NCBI GenBank assembly: GCA_001873285.1
Contig: MNYV01000076.1
Coordinates: 1-61,723 of the forward strand
DNA length: 61,723 bases
Direction: 5' to 3'
Origin: Nitrospirae bacterium CG2_30_53_67
GTDB taxonomy: Bacteria; CG2-30-53-67
Position numbers and translations under genes: made by a program. Shown here piece by piece: positions 56,173 to 61,723 of this stretch. Each line of letters begins with the position of its first letter. The first letter of the stretch is position 1. The notes beneath the pieces were generated by a model. It searched no databases and was not told the DNA's origin. It saw nothing but the letters and a program-made list of their open reading frames with translations.

Positions 56173-56793
56173 TCACTGCATGAAGAACTTCAGATCCCCA
56201 GACCCTTCCCGCATGATCTCGATCTTGTTGTCCACGAGGGAGATGACGCTGGAAGGAAGGACGGGCAGGATGCCGCAATTCAGGATCAGATCCACTTGCC
56301 CACCGAATTGTTCAAGAAGTTCTTCCGGGTCCGAGATGACTTCCTCTGTGCTCCGGTTGGTGCTGGTGCTGATGATGGGGTTCCCCAGTTCCTTCACGAG
56401 CAAAAGAGGGACGGGATGTTCCGGGATCCGGATCCCGACGGTCTTGCTCCTGCTCCGGAGCAGCCTCGGAGTCTCTCTGCTGGCCGGAAGAATGAAGGTG
56501 TAAGGCCCCGGCAGAAACCGCTTCAGAATGCGGTACGCAAAATTGGAGACCATGGCATACCGGCTGATATGGGTCAGATCCGAGCAGACAAAAGACATGG
56601 GTTTCTTGGGATCTCTCCCTTTGATACGGATGATGCGGTTGACCGCATGAATGTTGGTAATGTCGCACCCCAGACCGTAAACGGTATCGGTGGGATAGAT
56701 GATGACGCCGCCGGAACGCATGACTTCAACCGCCCGCTGAATGTGTCGTCCCTGGGGATTCTTAACATGGATATGGAGGACCGGAGCGGCCAT
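56173..56793 (-). CDS. tsaC: L-threonylcarbamoyladenylate synthase (YrdC/TsaC type)
   Basis: GGVIIYPTDTVYGLGCD..RIKGRDPKKP..LPGPYTFIL..VGIRIP..STS.N. Confidence 0.9.
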   Translation of the reverse strand: MAAPVLHIHVKNPQGRHIQRAVEVMRSGGVIIYPTDTVYGLGCDITNIHAVNRIIRIKGRDPKKPMSFVCSDLTHISRYAMVSNFAYRILKRFLPGPYTFILPASRETPRLLRSRSKTVGIRIPEHPVPLLLVKELGNPIISTSTNRSTEEVISDPEELLEQFGGQVDLILNCGILPVLPSSVISLVDNKIEIMREGSGDLKFFMQ

Positions 56794-56940
56794 AAATGCT
56801 TTATCCTTTGGGAAAGGATTATACCCAAACCATGGAATCTTGTACAGTCAAAAAGGCGGGCCGGGCCGGGCCGGTTATGCTCCGGAATCCTGTATATCAA
56901 GGGGATGAAGGCGGCGCTCAATCAAGAAAAATCAGGGCCG

Positions 56941-57510
56941 TTAAGAAACAGATCGGGGACTTGCAACTAGGGTCCGCCCGTCCGGGTCGACCGCATCACA
57001 GATGAGGTCGGAAAAATCGTCTGCCAGTTTTTCTTCCTCATCATGATCCATGGCGATCCCGGAGGCATCTCTTAAAAAATGAAAATATTCATGCACCAGG
57101 GTCTTGATATCATAATCCCTGGTGATATAAATGGTCTTACTCTCGGAATCATAAAGGCCGTCTACAGGGAGAAGCAGCCCGTACCGGCCGATCACCCTGC
57201 TGTTCATGGTCTGGTCCGAGATGATCTGGATCTCCAGTTCTCTCCGACCGCTTTTGAACTGATCATCCTTGAGACGCAGACCGACCCGCTTCTCAATGAA
57301 GCTTGGATAGACTTTGAACGAGACCTCCAGATACTTGTTGATCTCGTCATACTTGTTATACTCATGGTAGATCTGGGTCCTGCAGAACTCATTCTCCAGG
57401 GCCATGAACTTGACCAGTTCCACCCCCCCGTTGCTGTAACGGGCTCCGAGCATGTCGTTTTGGAGAAGGATCAGCACAAAGGATATCAAAAAAACTGTGC
57501 GTTTCATCAA
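56941..57510 (-). CDS. Hypothetical secreted protein with HExxH motif
   Basis: Signal peptide MMKRTVFLISFVLILL plus LVHEYFHFL (HExxH). No family recognised. Confidence 0.5.
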   Translation of the reverse strand: MMKRTVFLISFVLILLQNDMLGARYSNGGVELVKFMALENEFCRTQIYHEYNKYDEINKYLEVSFKVYPSFIEKRVGLRLKDDQFKSGRRELEIQIISDQTMNSRVIGRYGLLLPVDGLYDSESKTIYITRDYDIKTLVHEYFHFLRDASGIAMDHDEEEKLADDFSDLICDAVDPDGRTLVASPRSVS

Positions 57511-57611
57511 ACAACTTCCTGCTTCATTCTCTGCCTATGGCAGGGGCTCTTAAATGCATTTCCTGTCTTATTTTTCGGCATTTTATAAAAATACTTTAAT
57601 ATTTTTTAAAC

Positions 57612-59786
57612 TCATTCCCCCTCTTTTTCCAAAATGGACAGTTTAGTCAGACGATAAAGGAAATTGCAGACCTCGAAATCCACCAGGGTGGACCGGGCGC
57701 AGATCTCACTGATGGTCCTTTTGCCGTTGATCAATGAGAGGATCAGCTGCTGGTCATTATTCAGTTCGGTCCCGTTGAGTTTCTCTTTGCCCCCCTTGGC
57801 AAAGGCAAAGACGATGTCCATGGAAGGGATGGCATGGCGCATCTTTTCCCATTCATCCTCCCTGCGCGCCCCTTCCATGAGAAGATTCATGACATCCAGT
57901 GAAAGATCTTCGGCCGGATCGATGTTCGGTTCCTTGTTGATGAACTCAAAGCGCCCTTCCGGGAAGAGGAAAAGGGAATAAACGATCTCCGTGGCCTGGA
58001 CCTTGAGGGCCGCTCGAAGGTCCTCTTTGCGGACGGCGCCGATTCCGATCAAGGCCTTGCCGAGCCGTTTCGTGGGATCCTCTGCGCACAGGGTCAGCGC
58101 CCGCTCCCTCTCCTTTTCCGTGATCATCCCAAGCTTGATCAGCAGATAACCGAGTTTGTTCTTGTTGTCCTTGTCCATACAGGAGGCTGAAGAGATCTTC
58201 CCCTCACGAAAATAGAGACATTTCTCATCATGCCTGCTCTGGATCACCAGGGTCCCTGTGTTCCTGCAAGAGGCCATGAGCTGAAGGAGGTCAGGCACCC
58301 GGATGGTCTTCAACTCACCTCTCAGTTCCACCAGGGCGGAAGGCGCATTTTCGGAATCAGGGGCCGGCGCCGGAGGCTTCTCATCTTCCCCCTGCTTCAG
58401 CCCGGCGCTCAGAGGCTCACCCTCGCCGCCGGATCCGGGCGCGTCATGTTCCCGCTCCTTGGTCTCCTTCAAAGACGGTTTTGCTTCCGGGAGATCGGTT
58501 TCCTGCGCTCCTTTCCGCCTTAGGATCAAAAACAGGATGATCAGGAACAATACAAGAAGCAAGACCGCAGCGCCCAGTGACAGGATACCGTAATAGGCCT
58601 TCCGGGGCGCGCCTTGAACAGGACCCGTCGCTTCGATCTTTGAGAGATCGGCCTTCACCTCCTCCGCTTTCCCGGTCTTGTCCGCATCGGCTCCTTTCCC
58701 TCTCTCCCCCTGTCCCTTGCTCTCAGGCTCTTCATGCACGATCTTTTCAGGAGGCGCTTGCTGAGGGAGAGTCGAACTCCGGGCCTGGGCCTCTTCGTTC
58801 TTCTTGACGGGAGGCTTCGGCTCATCCGGCTTGGCTGTTGTCCCGATCTGAGCAGGGCCTGGGACAGGCGCCTTCAGGTCTGCCGCGACTTTCTCTTTTC
58901 CCGCAGGGGCCTGTACCGTCTCTTTGGCAACGGTGATGCCGGTCTCCTCCTTCACCGGCTTCTGATGCTGATCCCAACGTACCGGCGCCGGGTAAAAGGA
59001 GATATGGCTGACCGGCTGCACAAACCGAGAGATCTTCAATCCCAGAAGGATCTGCTGGCCGTCCGAATCCGAACCCATGCCGAGCAGCAGATTCTTGACC
59101 TTAACGATCAGGTCCGGCTGAAGCCCCTTTCTCGACACAACCGGGTCGGACGCAAATGACCTGGAGGTTTTGAGCACCACCACGTTCTGCATCACCCCGG
59201 TATCAAAATGCTTCACTGCGTCCAACAACCCGCTCTCCACACAGGCCGCATCGTAAGTCCCGTTGATCACCCCGGAGATATTGTCGGCGAAATGGGATGA
59301 GACACTTATTTTTTGAAATATTTTTTCCGGATCGTCCTCAAGGGCCTCCATCAGAAAGGACCATCTCGACCGGCTCTTCTCATCCATCACCAGACGCCGA
59401 TTCCCCCTTTTCAGATCAGAGATCGAATGCACGGACCCGTTCCTGGCCGAGATCAGCAGGAGATTGTGAGTCTCTTCCTCAGACCGGGTAAAGTTCGAAA
59501 TGAGCTGCAGGGCCCCGTCATGTTCATAATAAAAGACATTACTGACAACAGCCAGATCAGCCTCTTTGCTATCGAGGGCTCGGAACAGAGCATTCTCAGT
59601 CTGAAACGGGCGAACCGCGATTTTCTCATCCATACGGTCCTGGAGATAGCCGCAGAGAAGATTTGCCTCTTCTTCGGACCGGACCAGGGAGTTGTTATTC
59701 GGCACAAAACCGAAAGTCAACTGGGCCTGCGCCGATCCCGCCATCACCCATGTCATTATGAATCCGATCAAGAACGCTCGTTTCAT
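57612..59786 (-). CDS. Single-pass membrane protein: periplasmic PhnD-like solute-binding domain, Pro/Lys/Glu-rich linker, TM, cytoplasmic DUF4388-like domain
   Basis: Signal peptide followed by LTFGFVPNNN..ADLAVVSN (PhnD-like). TM segment YYGILSLGAAVLLLVLFLIILFLIL. C-terminal part has IRVPDLLQLMASCRNTGTLVIQ (DUF4388 pattern). Confidence 0.6.
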   Translation of the reverse strand: MKRAFLIGFIMTWVMAGSAQAQLTFGFVPNNNSLVRSEEEANLLCGYLQDRMDEKIAVRPFQTENALFRALDSKEADLAVVSNVFYYEHDGALQLISNFTRSEEETHNLLLISARNGSVHSISDLKRGNRRLVMDEKSRSRWSFLMEALEDDPEKIFQKISVSSHFADNISGVINGTYDAACVESGLLDAVKHFDTGVMQNVVVLKTSRSFASDPVVSRKGLQPDLIVKVKNLLLGMGSDSDGQQILLGLKISRFVQPVSHISFYPAPVRWDQHQKPVKEETGITVAKETVQAPAGKEKVAADLKAPVPGPAQIGTTAKPDEPKPPVKKNEEAQARSSTLPQQAPPEKIVHEEPESKGQGERGKGADADKTGKAEEVKADLSKIEATGPVQGAPRKAYYGILSLGAAVLLLVLFLIILFLILRRKGAQETDLPEAKPSLKETKEREHDAPGSGGEGEPLSAGLKQGEDEKPPAPAPDSENAPSALVELRGELKTIRVPDLLQLMASCRNTGTLVIQSRHDEKCLYFREGKISSASCMDKDNKNKLGYLLIKLGMITEKERERALTLCAEDPTKRLGKALIGIGAVRKEDLRAALKVQATEIVYSLFLFPEGRFEFINKEPNIDPAEDLSLDVMNLLMEGARREDEWEKMRHAIPSMDIVFAFAKGGKEKLNGTELNNDQQLILSLINGKRTISEICARSTLVDFEVCNFLYRLTKLSILEKEGE

Positions 59787-59837
59787 AACGGTCTGTTCCT
59801 CAATTTTCTATCGGGGTCGGAACGGATTGCAGCGGGT

Positions 59838-61223
59838 TTATCTGAAGGGATAAACCTCCTGCCCTACCACCTGATTCAACCTGGCGATCGCTTTCACATA
59901 ATCGAGTTTCTTGAAGAGCCAATGGGCATCGGACCAGCGTTTCTGAACCTGGGAGTCGTTCACATCCTTCACGGTCGTCATCCCGTACGGGTACCCCTGC
60001 CGCACAACCTTGACCTGCCGGATGGCCTTTTCCCTGGCTTCTTCCCGGATCTTGAGCTGCTCGTAGAATTCATTGACCTCCGTCAGAGCCTGCTGTACCT
60101 GAAGGGCGATCTGTTTTTGCAGATACTCATACTGATTCTCAAGCTCCACCATGTGGTGCGAGGCTTCCTTGTATTCCCCGTAACCTTTGAAGCCGTCAAA
60201 CAGATTCATACGAGCGCCGATTCCGACCGTGCTCACAGAGTCCTGGTTGGCGTCGAAGTCGTCGCTGGTCCAGGTCTTCTTGGCGAACGCCGCGATCATG
60301 GGAAGGTTCGAAACGGCCGCCACCTTCCTTTGAAGCTTGGCGCTTTGAACCGCGTCCTTCAGCATCCGGATTTCCGGGCGGTTCTTCATGGCCGTATCCA
60401 CCATGGCCTGCAAATCCTGGCGGAAGTCCGGATAATTCAGTTTGTCCCCCACGATGTTGATGGTCGCCGAGACATCCACGCCCATGGTGATTTTCAGGGC
60501 CTCCAGACTTAACGTCTCCCACTTGTTCAGCTCCGGGAGCCAGGTCCGCATATCGTCCAGGTCATACTGGACCTGAATCACATCCTTCTCCGGCGCGTTT
60601 CTCGCCCCCTTCTTGAAATCCGCATCCGCCGTCTTATAAAAGAGCTCCATCTCCGAGATCGTCTCCAAGAGGATCTTCCTCGCCTCACGGGCCAGCACCG
60701 CCTGCTGGTAAGAGGTCACCACGGTGAGCAGGAGCTGATTGCGGACGTCTTCTCGTTTGCTCTCGGCTACATTCACACCGAGTTTGGCCAGGCGGTTCAT
60801 GTTGGTGATCCGGCCCCAGGTAAAAAGCGGGAGTTCAACCCCGGCCTCGGTCACGATCATCTTGTCATCGGTTAAATCGAAACGCTCCACCGTCATAGGC
60901 GAGGCATAGCCCACGACAGGCAGAGAAAAGTTTTGCAGATTGATGGGTTCGTCCAATTTGATGGAACTCGAACTCACCATGACCTGAGGGTAATACGCCG
61001 ACCGGGCCTGCATGAGCACGGCCTTGGCCTTTTTCACCGCCGCTTCAGAGGCGATCAGCCCCTGGTCCTTTTCCATCGCGGCCTGAATGCAAGCGGCCAG
61101 ATCCAGACTCTGGAGATCCACAGCGTATCCCGTCCCAGCCGTCATAATAAAAATAATTAAACCGATGATTCCCTTTCTCCACGTTTCACATTCTCCCATA
61201 ACGCCTCCTCTCTTAAAATCCAC
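59838..61223 (-). CDS. TolC-family outer membrane efflux protein
   Basis: 461 aa with two OEP repeats (LDLAACIQAAMEKDQGL.., YPQV..; second half LQAMVDTAMKNRPEIRML). The exact start is uncertain. Confidence 0.8.
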   Translation of the reverse strand: MDFKRGGVMGECETWRKGIIGLIIFIMTAGTGYAVDLQSLDLAACIQAAMEKDQGLIASEAAVKKAKAVLMQARSAYYPQVMVSSSSIKLDEPINLQNFSLPVVGYASPMTVERFDLTDDKMIVTEAGVELPLFTWGRITNMNRLAKLGVNVAESKREDVRNQLLLTVVTSYQQAVLAREARKILLETISEMELFYKTADADFKKGARNAPEKDVIQVQYDLDDMRTWLPELNKWETLSLEALKITMGVDVSATINIVGDKLNYPDFRQDLQAMVDTAMKNRPEIRMLKDAVQSAKLQRKVAAVSNLPMIAAFAKKTWTSDDFDANQDSVSTVGIGARMNLFDGFKGYGEYKEASHHMVELENQYEYLQKQIALQVQQALTEVNEFYEQLKIREEAREKAIRQVKVVRQGYPYGMTTVKDVNDSQVQKRWSDAHWLFKKLDYVKAIARLNQVVGQEVYPFR

Positions 61224-61469
61224 ATAGACTACAGACTATCAATAGGTCCGCTGCCGTTAAACCGAGTACAAGTCAGAGAACCCCAATATGCTCTCCCACA
61301 GAGGTAATTAACGCATGGCTTTTAGTGCCGTTCGTAAAAGAGGCTCAAAACTCGGCAAGCATTTGAAACCAAAGCTCTAATCTGCTATTTAAGTATCTCC
61401 CGGTGTGCTTTTTCTGTCAATGGGAATTTGACATATATACTGCTTTTCAATCCGTCCCGGATGGGAGCG

Positions 61470-61640
61470 CTTAGTGGCCCTATTCGTAAATACGGTCGCA
61501 TTCGAGTGCCGTAGGGCGGCCTCATCTGCGTTCCGCTCCTTGCGGCGTACCACAGTGGGTACACCTCAGTAGCTCGCCTTGATGAGACTGCCCTACGACC
61601 CTCTCGGTACGTTACCATATTTACGAACAGGACCACTTAG
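61470..61640. mobile_element. MITE-like palindromic element, family A, copy 3
   Basis: 171 bp, almost identical to 32820-32990 except for an ~15-bp central patch (AGTAGCTCGCCTTGATGAGACTG versus AGTCGCGCGCGGAGATGAGACCG). Confidence 0.85.
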
Positions 61641-61723
61641 GCAGGGTCCTTCAAAGAATAAACCTATCCAGTGAGTGAAAAACCATGACGGATCTTCGTC
61701 GGAAGGTGATCGCTGAAGTGGAC

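Noticed and set aside
61685-61723. Possible start of a plus-strand gene (MTDLRRKVIAEVD) at the right edge.
   Set aside because: Only 13 codons are visible, the Shine-Dalgarno is weak, and nothing identifies it. This is too little evidence to call a feature.
1-61723. Searched by eye for tRNA, rRNA, SRP RNA, tmRNA, RNase P RNA, TPP riboswitch (thiE), sigma-54 -24/-12 promoters, transposases, integrases, toxin-antitoxin pairs and known defence genes.
   Set aside because: No convincing signature was seen. thiE is fused into the accC operon with no leader. TGGCAC-like strings occur only inside coding regions without a properly spaced TTGC. A by-eye scan is not exhaustive, so tRNAscan-SE, Infernal and a defence-system HMM scan should be run to confirm.

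Overview
61.7-kb chromosomal window, probably from an anaerobic Deltaproteobacteria/Desulfobacterota-like bacterium. That taxon guess is inferred from gene content only: split archaeal-type glutamate synthase, NrpR, FmdE, a Sec-type redox protein and many c-di-GMP proteins. About 60 protein genes are present, nearly all on the minus strand, often with 4-nt start/stop overlaps. Most sit in conserved housekeeping blocks: coaD-rsmD, rlmN, rimI-tsaB, aroQ-pepP-efp-accB-accC-thiE, yicC-remA-gmk-rpoZ-coaBC, rpsP-KH-rimM-trmD-SPOUT-rplS-rnhB-yraN, ffh, rpe, sppA and tsaC. I saw no rRNA, tRNA, CRISPR array, transposase, phage gene or recognisable defence gene. Non-routine content: (1) a secreted DsbA-like oxidoreductase whose CxxC first Cys codon is an in-frame TGA, a candidate selenoprotein split into two ORFs in the track. 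(2) A GEMM-I c-di-GMP riboswitch plus terminator in front of a secreted subtilase, in a window that also encodes two GGDEF cyclases, one HD-GYP protein and an HD-GYP relic. (3) Three families of small inverted-repeat (MITE-like) elements; one supplies the rpoZ stop codon and two lie inside the glutamate synthase gene cluster. (4) An archaeal-type NrpR regulator beside a three-gene split glutamate synthase. (5) Two tandem sigma-54-activator-like AAA+ proteins that both lack the GAFTGA loop. (6) An MglA-like GTPase with a long C-terminal extension inside a kinase/TPR/FecR/HD-GYP/GGDEF gene string, with a Roadblock/LC7 gene about 10 kb away. (7) Several gene relics. I did not find a clear-cut novel multi-gene system; items 1, 5 and 6 are the best leads.
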